Source: Tubulanus polymorphus (taxonomy: Eukaryota; Animalia; Nemertea). Taken from it: 64,000 nt of DNA. The DNA lies in the NCBI RefSeq assembly GCF_964204645.1, contig NW_027437456.1, positions 1 through 64,000 of the forward strand. The letters are read 5' to 3'. The notes beneath the pieces were generated by a model. That model searched no databases. It was not told the origin of the DNA and saw only the letters and a program-made list of their open reading frames with translations. Shown here in pieces: positions 12,578 to 24,100 of this stretch. The position numbers and the translations under genes are program-made. Each line of letters opens with the position of its first letter. Position 1 is the first letter of the stretch.

Positions 12578-14276
12578 GACATAATGACAAATAAAAGTTC
12601 ATTGTTACTTTTATATTTATCCGCCGGTTATCTTTAACCAACCTATGAGCGCTGACGATTTGTTCGATCGATAGCTTTTACACACTCTTTCCTCACTATT
12701 TCCATAGTAGCTGGTGGACATGGGAAGTAAGTAGAACGATGATAATTAATTTCATAAGGCAATACCTGGGGCCATTTGTTCAAAAGTTGGTTAAAGCTAA
12801 CAAGTGGACTTTTGACATAATGACAAATTAAAGTTTATTGTTACTTTTTTGTTTATGTGCCGGTTATCTTTAACCAACTTTTGAGCAACTGGCCCCTGGA
12901 TGTATATAAAAACCTCATATGAAAGAGAACTAAAATATCAAAAAGCTTTTTACTAAAATATCAAAAAGCTTTTTACTAAAATATCAAAAAGCTTTTTACT
13001 AAAACAAGCAGCCCTTGGCTGATAACTCTATTCATCTATGTTGTTGACCCATTCAGGCACACTATCTGAAAGTCTTCACTTCACATTTAAATGGAAAGTT
13101 TAACATTTTACCAAATTTCTCAAACGCTGACGATTTGTTCCATCGATAGCTTTTACACATTCTTTCCACACTATCTCCATAGTAGCTGGTGGACATGGGA
13201 AGTAAAACATTTTTCTTTGATGTATGCTATTTTTCTATCATCTAATTTTGCCTTACGCTGTAAGCCATTTACATTTCTATTGACGATATTACTGACATCT
13301 GGAAATATAATTGTTTTCAGTTTAGCAACAAATGTCGTTCTAGAATGTTTACTTTTGTCGAACATAATCTTCAAAATTTCAGGTGAAATATATTCATAAT
13401 TCGAATCTAAACTTTTGATTATTGACGAATGATTTGGCGTATAAGAGATCATCCCGATATTGAAATGATTTTCTTCATTAGGACCAGATCTATCGATTGT
13501 TGATGATGACTCACTCAGAGATTCTAAGAAAACTTCCGAATTATTGCTATCATTTATGTGTAATGGTGCAAATGGTGTGCTCGCGTGACAATAGTTTGGG
13601 GAAGAAAAATTAATACAACTACCGAGATACTGCGTCGGGATACTACTTGTATGAGTAGTTGAAGTTGATGGCTTTGTGGTTATAGATAGGCAAGGCGGAA
13701 TACCTAAGAGGGAGTCACCAAAATCGAAATCTGATCCTAAATCGGACTCTACAGATGGTTCATCTGCTGATTGATTTCTTGGATCTGGCAACGATATATT
13801 TTTAGAATTAGACACAATATCCAGACATTTTTGCCCAATTTCCAGTAATAAATCCATTTTTGAGTTGGTGACCTTAAGTTGATTTAATATCTGCACGTCA
13901 TTGCTCTTGTTTTGGAAATCCTCAACTTAAGTTTTTACTTGTTTTAGCTCCGTTTCTGAGAGATTAACTTTAAGGGGGCTATCTTGCAGTATCATCTTCT
14001 TGATATCTTCTTCTGTAACAGATGAAGTATCAGCACTGCCACTTGCGACAATCGACACCTAAAAATAACACAGACGCAATGATATAATATAGATCATTAA
14101 TTACGGGTGCAGGGTCACTGTGTCCACTTGGGAAGTTGATTAAAATGATATGCTAAGGATCCAATGTACATGTATATCCATTGCAAATTTAAATAACTAT
14201 GGTTTCAAGGACGCCGAGTCCATGGAAGTGGTTTGAAATGCTAAACAATCAGAAACTTGGTGAATATTTCAATATT

Positions 14277-15271
14277 CTACGCCCCCTGGTGATTATATTA
14301 AGAAAGCAATGACCTTACAACTCACCACAATCATAGAAAATGTCATGAGCTACAATTTAAAAATTCATTATGGTTACGAAATATGTCTGGGTACCAATAT
14401 AATAGGAAGATACTAAGTTATTCGCTATTCAACGCCCCCTGGTTACCATATACAAAAACCATCAACCTTGAAACTCAAACACAATCATACAACATGCTAT
14501 GAGCTACAACTTTGCAATTGATTGTAGTTACAAAATATCCAGGTAACAATATAAATAGGCAAATTGTATAAAATTCAATATTCAACTCCCCTGGTGGTGA
14601 GAACAACAACCTGGGTAACCCCAATTCCACGTGCGGAGATGAATACTACAACAGTCATACTATTTATTCAATATCAAGACTATAAACTTGTCGATAATTT
14701 CCTCCAAAAACCTTTTCGTGAGGACTGATGACACTAAGATGGCTGTCGATTGCGTCACGCTTGACTGATCAAAGAATCTGTTTGACATGTTGACATGTTT
14801 AAGAGCCCTTCTCCTTAGGTATAACCATCGCGAATTTCAATGAAAAAAATGGCAAATCATTCGGAAGATACAGAACTTGGAATTCAGGGCAAAAATGACC
14901 TTTTTGGGCACAAAAAAGGTCACAGGACGGCCATCTTGGCATCATAGAGGGAAACAAACATGAAAGATCAAGATAAATGCTCAAAGCGTTTTCAATATTT
15001 CCCTTGAAAACTTCAAAATGTGTAAAAAGTGCTGATTTTGGCGAACAACAATGGCTGGCAGTCGGTCATCTTCTGATTGGCCCGATTCTGATCGGGCCAG
15101 TTTTCGGGCAGAAGATGTATCTAGGGTAGATACCTGTATAAACCAAGAAGATCCATTGAAGGGTCTTCAAAACTTCCCAAAATAACTGGATTCCGTCTAC
15201 GGACGGACAGACGAACGGACGAAAAGTGAACGCAATAGCCCGCTGGGACTTAAGTCCCAAGTGGGCTAAAA
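14277..15271 (+). mobile_element. HINE/DINE-1-like non-autonomous element in intron 2 of the cargo gene
   Basis: Homologous to 5325-6160. Ends in a GGAC/GACG microsatellite-like stretch and a short hairpin (tagccc..gggacttaagtccc..gggcta) before an A-run. Confidence 0.62.
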
Positions 15272-15826
15272 AGAGGCTTTGTTTAGCAATTGGTAAAATA
15301 TCCGAATATTTTTTTTAGCTTAAATTTCTGAAAAATTATATAAATTATGCTAATTAGGTCACGTGATGCACATAATTAGAATGAAAATTGATTTTTATAT
15401 TACCAAAATGTTTGCCCACTACATTGCCCTCTGTGGTATAGTACCCCTTTCATAACACTTACTGTATCTGTATACCAGGGCTCGGTTTTATAGAGTGGTA
15501 TCAACTTTAACAAGGGGGTTAACTCATTGTAAATGAATTGAGTAAACCCCCGGGTTATAGTTAATACAAGTCTATAAAACTTGCCCCTGGGGTTTTAGTG
15601 AAATTACCAAAAATTTCTATTTCTGCTAAGTATGGTGGGTGGGTATATGGTCAGTACTGAAAGGATTAAGATTAAGATTAAGATTAATAATTGTAAGACC
15701 AGTGGTATTATAAAGATTTTATGTCCCACCTTACAGCGCGCCCTAAAGGTCAAGTGGGGAAAACGGCTCTATAACTCAGAGATACTAGGGCCAAAGTACC
15801 AAAATTGCGGAATTTAGAACGGGGTG

Positions 15827-16658
15827 TCAGAAAAATTCTCCCCCAGGGAAAATTTTGCGTTTTTGCATCGCCGGAGATGCAGTATCACGATCGGCATCTT
15901 TCATCTGAAAATACGACGGCAGGCATTCGTTGTGCTTCACATCCCTCGCTGCCTTCTTAAGCCGCGCGCTATCCGGGTGACGAAGAATATCTTTTTTCCC
16001 GCCACTACCGTATTTGACCTGGTCTTTACAAACGACGCAGTACGCCACGCCAGCTAAGTCTAACTTACGAATGTAGTTCGATAAGTAGTCCCCGTTACTG
16101 TCCTTACACTCTAGCCAGTGCCAGTTAAATTTATTTTTTATACCGCTGTCAATTGCCTTTATATCGGCCAACTCCCGACTGACAATCTCTCCGTGCGTGC
16201 TCATTTTGCAGACCGTCCCGCTTGACAGCTGCAGGCAAAAAGAAAGTTACAAAGCTGCGTGCCTCAGGACACAGCACGCGCATGGTTATAATTAAGATGA
16301 TATTTATTAAATATCATCTTAATTATTACCACGTGCATCTTCACATTGTTGGCCATCAGCGGGACGATGTACAACGGCGCGTAAAGATAATTGGAAATGG
16401 CGTCACAACAGTGGCGCTCCACCTACGCACGCACAGATACCACCACAAGCACACATATATACATTGTAGCAGAACATCCTCGGAAACGGAGACCGAGATA
16501 AAATAACACAGAAGCGACGATGAGTACAAGCAAACGAACGCTTTTACAGTCCGTGCCATTACTGGTCGCCGCGAGGAATTCTCACCAAATTTCCGGAATT
16601 GACATCGGCGATCCTAAATTTCCGGAATTCCGGATATTTCCGGACAACTAGCATCTCT
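15827..16658 (-). mobile_element. 5'-terminal fragment of a hAT-like transposon (N-terminal BED-like zinc finger only)
   Basis: ORF 15827..16204 reads KNKFNWHWLE..GVAYCVVCKDQVKYGSGGKKDILRH. The minus strand carries a TIR-like end cagagatgctag with repeated ttccggaa subterminal motifs at 16590-16658. Confidence 0.6.
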
Positions 16659-18154
16659 GATTACTACTTAGTGCTTGGCCTATTTTAGCTTCATACAGTT
16701 TGATCAAGATCAGAAAAGAACTGTAGCACTAGTACCAAATTGAAGCAAAAGTTGACGGACGGACGACAACGGATGATCTACCAAACCCATCAGCTCCACT
16801 GAACTTCAGTTGCAGCGGCGCTAAAAGTTTTAAGAATGGACAAATGACCTTGAAACTCACAACAACGAGAGAATATGTCATGCGCTACCATTTTGCAACT
16901 GATTTTTGTTACATAATTAATACAAATATCAATAAATAAATTCTATATAATTCAATACATTCACTCCACGAACTCGCTTCCACCAGCCCCCTGGCCTCCC
17001 GACGAATGATTTCATTACTGGCGCTTTTGCGCATGACGTCATATATCGATTTGCAAAATACTTTGTTGTTTGGTTAAATGTTCGCTGATTGGTCCATTTA
17101 ACGGGAATTCCAACAGAAGCTTATGTCGTTTGTAAGGCCTACAAGCACTGTGATTGGCCCGAACTGATTCTGGTCTGCTAGTAACGACTCCAACGACTCC
17201 TGAGGTCAAGGAGTTCGGGGAATGGCTAAACTAAATCAAGCCGATCCATTGAAGCGTCAACAAAACTTCGGAAAAGAACTGGAATTCCGTCTGCACAGAT
17301 GAACGGACGAAAAGTGAACGCAATGCCCCGCTGCGACTTAGGTGGTCTAATCAGCAATAAATTCATTGAGATGAAAAACACGTGCCTTTTAACTTAAGCA
17401 GCATCCTACCTTCTTCTTCTTTTTGGGGGGTTGATTTAGTTTTGCAATGCTTGTGTAAAGTGCATCCTCTTCATCGATGGTGTAGAAATCATTATATCTG
17501 CTGTTAGTCTTTGTTGTCCCAGACTTTCCGACAATAGTTTTTATTCGTTCGTAAGGGACTGATTCCCTGATTGAAGAAGCAAGAATTACTTCACCTTTAA
17601 ACGGATCGTTTGATATAATTTTGTCGTGCATATCGTGCGAATCATCCTCCTGGCGGTAGGTGATGCCATCATCTTTGAGGAGTCTTGCCAGGTCTAATCT
17701 ATTCACTTTAAGTGTATTCCTTGCGATCAGTCTTTCTTCTTCTGGCTCTCTAATGTGATCTAAAAGTAAATGAGAAATTCCGTAGTTGTACTTCTGATTG
17801 GCTAAGTTTTCATTTCTAACCGCCACAAACACCGATTTATAACACAGGGGCTTGTAAACTGGCTTAGATTTTACTTTGGGGTTGTTGATAATCTCGCGAG
17901 AATGGCACTAAAATTTAAACAGCAAATAAATTTGAAATAATACAGAAATACCTTGCTGCATGCGCAGCAACTTTCCGAAGTTCATGATCAGTTCAAGTTC
18001 AATTGATTTTTCATTTTAAAAATTATGTGACACGAATACAATTAGTAGAATTACATAGATAAGAAAATCAGCAATTTTTGTATTGACAGCTGTAAGAAAA
18101 CTATAATATCTGCTACATACTTTGATTGACAGCTCACGAGAGCTCAGAAAGTTG

Positions 18155-18168
18155 CTGCGCATGCGCAG
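18155..18168. promoter_or_regulatory. Perfect NRF1-type palindrome CTGCGCATGCGCAG
   Basis: Exact match to the established NRF1/EWG/P3A2 consensus TGCGCATGCGCA. Function is not shown. Confidence 0.4.
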
Positions 18169-19787
18169 TGGTATCCACCGCATCAATACACTCACAGGCA
18201 AATACGTTTCATGCCTTGTTATTTTTATATAGTAAAGCGTCACGCCCGCCAATACTGGTCCTTAATGGCCAATTGTTTATCGGAACTTTATAAGTTAAAA
18301 AAAGAATACCTCATCCAGTTAAAAAAAGTTCACACAGGTTCATTTCAGCAGCGTACTAACATGACCCACTTTTGAAAAACTGACATTCAATGACATGTAG
18401 TGACGCCTGCGCACTCGACTGCTTTCTGGACTTTGAGAATTTCAGAGAATTTTCCCAACACATACATCATGCGCATGCGTTAAAAATGGAGACATTGGAA
18501 ACATTACGGTTTTTGCCCTCAATGCTGCCATGTTTGTCACTTCAACAGTTTTTTGAGGCGACTAGCCAAATGTTTTTAGTTACTACTGTCATCAAAACAT
18601 ACTTTGGATTATAAATGTATGCCAAAACAACAGTCAACATCCATCGGATTACAGAACAGTAAGTTTGAGGGAGGTTGATTGTGTTTTAAGGGCTGAAATA
18701 GATGCTCAAAGCTTCAGTCGTCCAAGTAAAAATTCGGGACAAAAATTAACCTCTTTATGACACTTTGCCTGGCCCTAGACGTTGTTTCAGGAACAATGGC
18801 TAGATACTAGACTAAGAAATACCTTGTGTTTATATTCTTTAGCCAATTTATCCGCTAAAAAAACTAAAATTACCCGGTTATTGGTCATTTCCTGAAATTT
18901 TCAAAAACAAATCAAATCGTCGGAAGGAAAGCCTCGAGCGAATACCAGTGCCCTCTACAGGGAATTCCCACGAAGTAACAATAAACGTACGTAGTACCAC
19001 AGGCACTCGCCGATGGGCTTGGAATACAGTTTCTGGGGTTTTTGATAGTGTATTTGTGTTTTCATTCGTTATTCTGCAATAAATCCTGAACCGTGACGAG
19101 TAGGTCTACGATTATACCCATGACTTACTTTTTTCGAGAATCGCTTCACTGTGTTTCCCTTTAAATCCTGAGAATTTAACCGCAAACAAACCATCGGAGT
19201 TATCTTTGGGGGTGGCGAGTGCCGAATACCATACCCCAGTTACCGGATCCCAGGCCTGTATAATATTCTTCATTCTTTTTTTCTGCGTGCGCGTCCTCGC
19301 CCTACTGCGTAACTCTAACAAGTGTGCGCGGTAAGCGGCCAATGCAACAGGAGCGTTAAGGCAAACAAATGTTACTAATTGTTTCTCCTACTCGGCCGGG
19401 TACGTGTACATCTATTAAGTATGAACTGTAATCAAATTTGCTGTCAGTTAATTTCTATATTTCAGGTCTGTTTTTTGTTGTTCCGACGACAGGCCTACGT
19501 ATAGGGAAGCTAGATCACGGTTATATAAGGTATGGGGTAGTTCCTACGTGGGCGACCGGAAGCCCAGAAATGAGAAACAAGGAATTAATTATCTTTCGCC
19601 TTAACAACGTCGTGTACTCTGATTCGCTCGCCAGAACGAAACGCGCAAAATCGCGAACGCGTCTTTGTGCAGAACGCGTTTAAGTCGCGATTTTTGCAGC
19701 GAGAGACGCGCTTAAGGCGCGTCTCTTGTTAGCTTTGGGGATGCACCAAAAATACTTAGTCGCGATTTAGTCGCAGCCACAAGGGAG

Positions 19788-19807
19788 GTTTTATCTAGGC
19801 TGTACCG
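19788..19807 (-). repeat. Right terminal inverted repeat
   Basis: gttttatctaggctgtaccg, followed by TA. Confidence 0.9.
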
Positions 19808-19809
19808 TA

Positions 19810-19943
19810 TCTAATTTGTTAGATTGTTCAGATGAATTCTTAAAATCATGGATTATATAATCAGTTCGATGATAAAATGAACACAAATAATTACGGAGAT
19901 TTTTTCCATATAGATCACGTATTGCCGATATTTAAATTTAACG
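19810..19943 (+). pseudogene. 3' continuation of the split HNH-type endonuclease gene
   Basis: tctaatttgttagattgttcagatgaattc.. translates as SNLLDCSDEFLKSWII..QFDDKMNTNNYGDFFHIDHVLPIFKF, collinear with 63242-63372. Confidence 0.88.
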
Positions 19944-21104
19944 TGAAATATAGCTGCTAAGGGATGAAAATCTTCCGACCATAGTCGGATTTCCGACCTT
20001 TTCTAACATTTTCTTTATTCCTGAGAACAGTCTAAATCACCTCAATCGCTTTGATCACCTAAATCGCGGGCGTCACATTGGAGCGCTCCGTAGTTAGGAG
20101 TGCTCCTTAAGACGGTTTTCGGCAGTTGTTGGCACAACTGTGGAGTCGGAGAAACCAATATGGCGTCTCATTCAAAAAGCGGCTCTAATTCAGGCCCAAA
20201 CTATTAACATTTTTACCAAAAGGAAGTAAGTTTTTTGACTCAAAGTTACTGATTTTTGTTCCCCCAAAAAATTCTTTTTTTGAAAATATTCAGGTATATA
20301 ATAGTCACTAAATTGACAAGTTACTCGGGCACTTGCTCGGCCGAGGATAATTGAAGAAGGTATTTGCTCGGCCGAGTGAGTGGTTAAATTCGGCGGTCTA
20401 CTCGGCCGAGCTAACAGTATAGTAATTCCTTTACTCGGCCGAGTAAACGATAGAATTCGGCGGTCCACTCGGCCGAGCATCATTTTAAAAAGTGGTTTAC
20501 TCGATCGAGTGACAGATCCAATTTTGCAATCTCACTCGACCGAGTAATTGAAATCTACTCACCAAGAGTTAGAATATGTTTTGCGCTATATACGGTGCAT
20601 GGGAAAAACCTATATATTTCGTGACAAAATCAATGATACGATACATTATGTAGGTTGCGCTGTACTACGTTTTGCGTTTTTTTTAACGAATTGACGTGAC
20701 CTATATTTGCCGTTTTAACGTGAGCAAATCGAGACTACTAGTATTTATTCTGAAAACCTTTTAAGAAAACGCAGTGCTTACGGCGAGACGGTGTCGGTCT
20801 TGATAACAGACAGCCACAAAATAGGTCTACTGACGCAACGTTTTTAAAGCTATATTTTCATACAATAATGACCCTCTCGTGACTGGTTTTGAATAGCAGT
20901 TACGTACGAGCAGTTCAGTTCTAATAAATGAATACGGGTTTTAATCATTTCTATCTTTTCTAAAGAAAGGGTCGTATAAATATTAAGCTTCTTATTTTGC
21001 GTGGCCTTTTATTCAATTATCCGGTCCATGTACGTAGCAAATTGTTGCATCATCACAATTTGTATTAAATAACGAACGATTATAATATAATATTATAATC
21101 GTTG

Positions 21105-24100
21105 CAGGGGCGGATCCAGGGGCATATTTTGACTGCCTTCTAAGAGAAATGAGGGCACCCAAAGGGGGAGCGCGGGGTAACCCCCTCGCCGGTGGGGGTT
21201 TGTGGGGTCTGCCCCAAGAAAATTTTTAATTTTCATGTCCTCAGATGCATTTTCCCAACATCTAGGACATATTTTTCTCAATCCTCACAATCCAAAATAA
21301 AGCCTTAAACACTGATGTAAGCAAAGTCTCCAACCAAAAATCCAAAATGCAGAAAGACATATGTTCAAGATTTATATATATATATATTTATTTTCAGTTT
21401 CATTTTCAGCATTTTTATGGTATGGTTACAACTTACATAATATTACAAGATTGCATAAAGTGAATATTTGTAATACATACTGGAAACAACATTTATGAAA
21501 ATGGCAATTTAAATATTTCCTTATTTAATATTGCATTTTGAGATAATTATCTCAATTATATTATTATATGAGTACATTGCACTAGGATCCTGTTATATAA
21601 TGTACAATGTATGCATAAAATACTATTTTCAATACCGATTTATTGCTTAAATACATATTTGAACTTTATATTTTTCAGTTAAAACACACAGACTCTCATA
21701 AATTTCAAATGAGACATACCCAGATACCAACAAATTGCACCATATTTCCACTATTTTTCAGTTAGCTCACACATTGCAAATGAGACATTTATGAAAGAAA
21801 ATAAAACTACTATATACACTACAAAATAAACATTTATCTCATAAAGTTATCAATATCCAATGTTATTTTTATCAAAATAACTTTAATCTACTGATACTGA
21901 ACTATATTATACTATATAATAATACTGATTGATTCAGCTCTGAATTACAATGCTGAGTAAATCATTCCAGCAAATAAATTCCAAATAATACTTTTCATAA
22001 TCTGACATAATCAACCATATATTTCAAAACATTTTACCACAAACAGCTATTAAAACTTGTAATTTCTGATATTTAACGGTTTATACTGTACACAAAACCA
22101 CAAGCAATAAGAATAAATTCATTAAAAAATTCCCATTAATACATATTTTGTCCTGACAGCAGTAAACCAGTCACAAAGGCAAACAACAATATCTGCTGAA
22201 CACAAAACTCAATCATGTCATGAATACCAGTTCTAGTTTATTATATCTAGCAGCGCCATCTTTCTAGGATGCTGACGGGCAAATATATCAATCACTGCCT
22301 GAATGTCAATTTTCTGGGAACTATAGACTGAAAGGAGAGCTAAGCCATTCATGCGGCTTTGATTCATGGTGCTTCGCAAATAAGTTTTGAGACGTCTCAG
22401 AAGTGAGACAGAGCGTTCACACTCACATGATGTAACGGGCATAGTCCCCAGTAACACTAATGCTGCCCTGATATTGGGAAACAAGTCAGCATCTACAATG
22501 GGTAGGAGTTGTGTAAGATGTTTTGGAACTTCTTTCTTGCTTTCAGCTGTCTTTTTCCAGTAAGATTCCCAAAGATGCAGTTCAACATTCAAAGAACTAG
22601 GTGATGGCAGGTCATCAATGTACTCCATACAGAATTCTTTGAATGGCTTCGCCCATTCTTTCTTAGCTAAAACCGTTGCTGGCAACACGGAGAATGCAGA
22701 AAGAATAGTTTCCTGACCACTGAAAAAACGATCATTTATCTCGAAATACAAATGATCCAGTATTGGTATAGCAATAGCACGTTTGAAGTACTGTTCTACT
22801 GACTCAGCTGGGATGTTGCTTCGCTGAGTCTGACGACCACATGTTCGGGGTTTTTGAATGTCAACTTCAAGCAAACTGGCTAAAGCGGTAGCCTGTTGAA
22901 ACCATAATAGGTAGTAGGAGTCGAGATTTGATCGATATTTCTCGATAGTATCACGGACAGCTTTTAAGCACAAATATGCACGATTGGAATCCTGGTTCGC
23001 GTACTGCAACTTTACGGTCAGACTAGTAGTCACACTCAGACATTCACGTGTCAAGATATAAGCGGCAATGAACGGAAAATTGGTAATCGCATGGTAGAGC
23101 CCATTTGCTTTTACCACAGAATCTGGATTCCAATGCTTTTCTGCATTCATTCTTATCAAATCCAGGGTTTCAACGACAGCCACCACTATATCCGAAAACA
23201 CCTCCATTACATCTAGGCGTTGGACCCATCTAGTTTGACAAATGTACAACAGCTTTGAGCGCTTACTTTCAGGGCACAGTACCTTGATCTTTTCAGAGAG
23301 TGCACCTTGTCGTTTTGGGGAATTTGAAAAAAATCTCGACAATTCCCCCAAAGTGTCCATCATGTTTTTCACCTGTGCAACTGATGCAGTTTTCGTGACG
23401 CAGAGATTAAGACGATGAGATGCACAGTGTACATATTTCACTTTGGGATACTGTGTTTTAATGCGAGTTGACGCACCCTTACATACACCAGACATATTTC
23501 CAGCCCCGTCAAAACATTGTCCTCTACAATCTTTCGTGTCAAGGCCAAGGCCTTCAACTGTTTCTATCAATAGTCGGGCTATTTCTTCCCCTGATGTACC
23601 AGAATCACACCAAATAAACTGCAGGAAAGATTCGTGAACTTCACCATTCGAATCAACATATCTCAGAATGAGAGGCATCTGTTCTATGTTGCTGCAATCC
23701 GATGCCTCATCAGCTAAAATTGAGAAGTAACGGTTCATTTTTATGTCATCTATAATTGTTTTTTGAATCCATTCTTTCAAACAGTCAATCAGTTCATTCT
23801 GAATGGTTTTAGAACGATATGTACTTGTTTTTGAACATTTTTTAAAATGTTCCATCAGTGTTGCATCACCAGCATCGCATCGAAACTCCAATAACTTTTG
23901 AAAATTACCAGAATTACTTTCTAAATCCAGATGTTTCGAGTCATCACGGTGTCCACGCAATGGGATATTTTGATTCCCAAGAAATATGACAGTTTTCAAA
24001 ATGGATTTCAGAATTTTGCGATTTTCAGCAATTCGTTTTTGATTTGTTGTACTCGTTAAATTGTTGACTCCAAGGGTTTGGGATTCCATTACACTGGGAA

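Larger units (their letters stand above)
13100..19273 (-). pseudogene. Three-exon cargo gene: N-terminal Tudor-like domain, low-complexity/coiled-coil middle, C-terminal BEN domain
   Basis: Exon 1, 19273-19129: MKNIIQAWDPVTGVWYSALA..DGLFAVKFSGFKGKHSE. Exon 2, 17907-17410, ends PPKKKKK|gt. Exon 3, 14058-13100, is in frame with ORF 13171..13896 apart from one TAA at 13927-13929. The BEN signature is TTFVAKLKTIIFPD..NRNVNG..KAKLDDRKIAYIKEKCF, followed after a frameshift by IVWKECVKAIDGTNR. The exon 1/2 junction is off by 1 nt in an A6 run. Confidence 0.72.
4325..19807 (+). mobile_element. 15.5-kb TIR DNA transposon (Tc1/mariner-type, TA TSD) carrying a transposase, a Tudor-like/BEN cargo gene and nested insertions
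   Basis: Left TIR tggtacagcctagataaaac (4325-4344) matches the reverse complement of 19788-19807 at 19/20 positions. TA flanks both ends (4323-4324 and 19808-19809). Removing the element restores the reading frame of the flanking HNH gene. Confidence 0.9.

Noticed and set aside
7066-17235. Inverted similarity between 7085-7243 and 17010-17172 as TIRs of an inner element around the Tc1 transposase
   Set aside because: Identity is only moderate and there is no TSD. Flanking motifs (cgaactcgcttccaccagc, atggctttagcttagtgg) recur together at 58318-58359, which indicates independent copies of a dispersed repeat. It remains the main alternative to the two-gene model.
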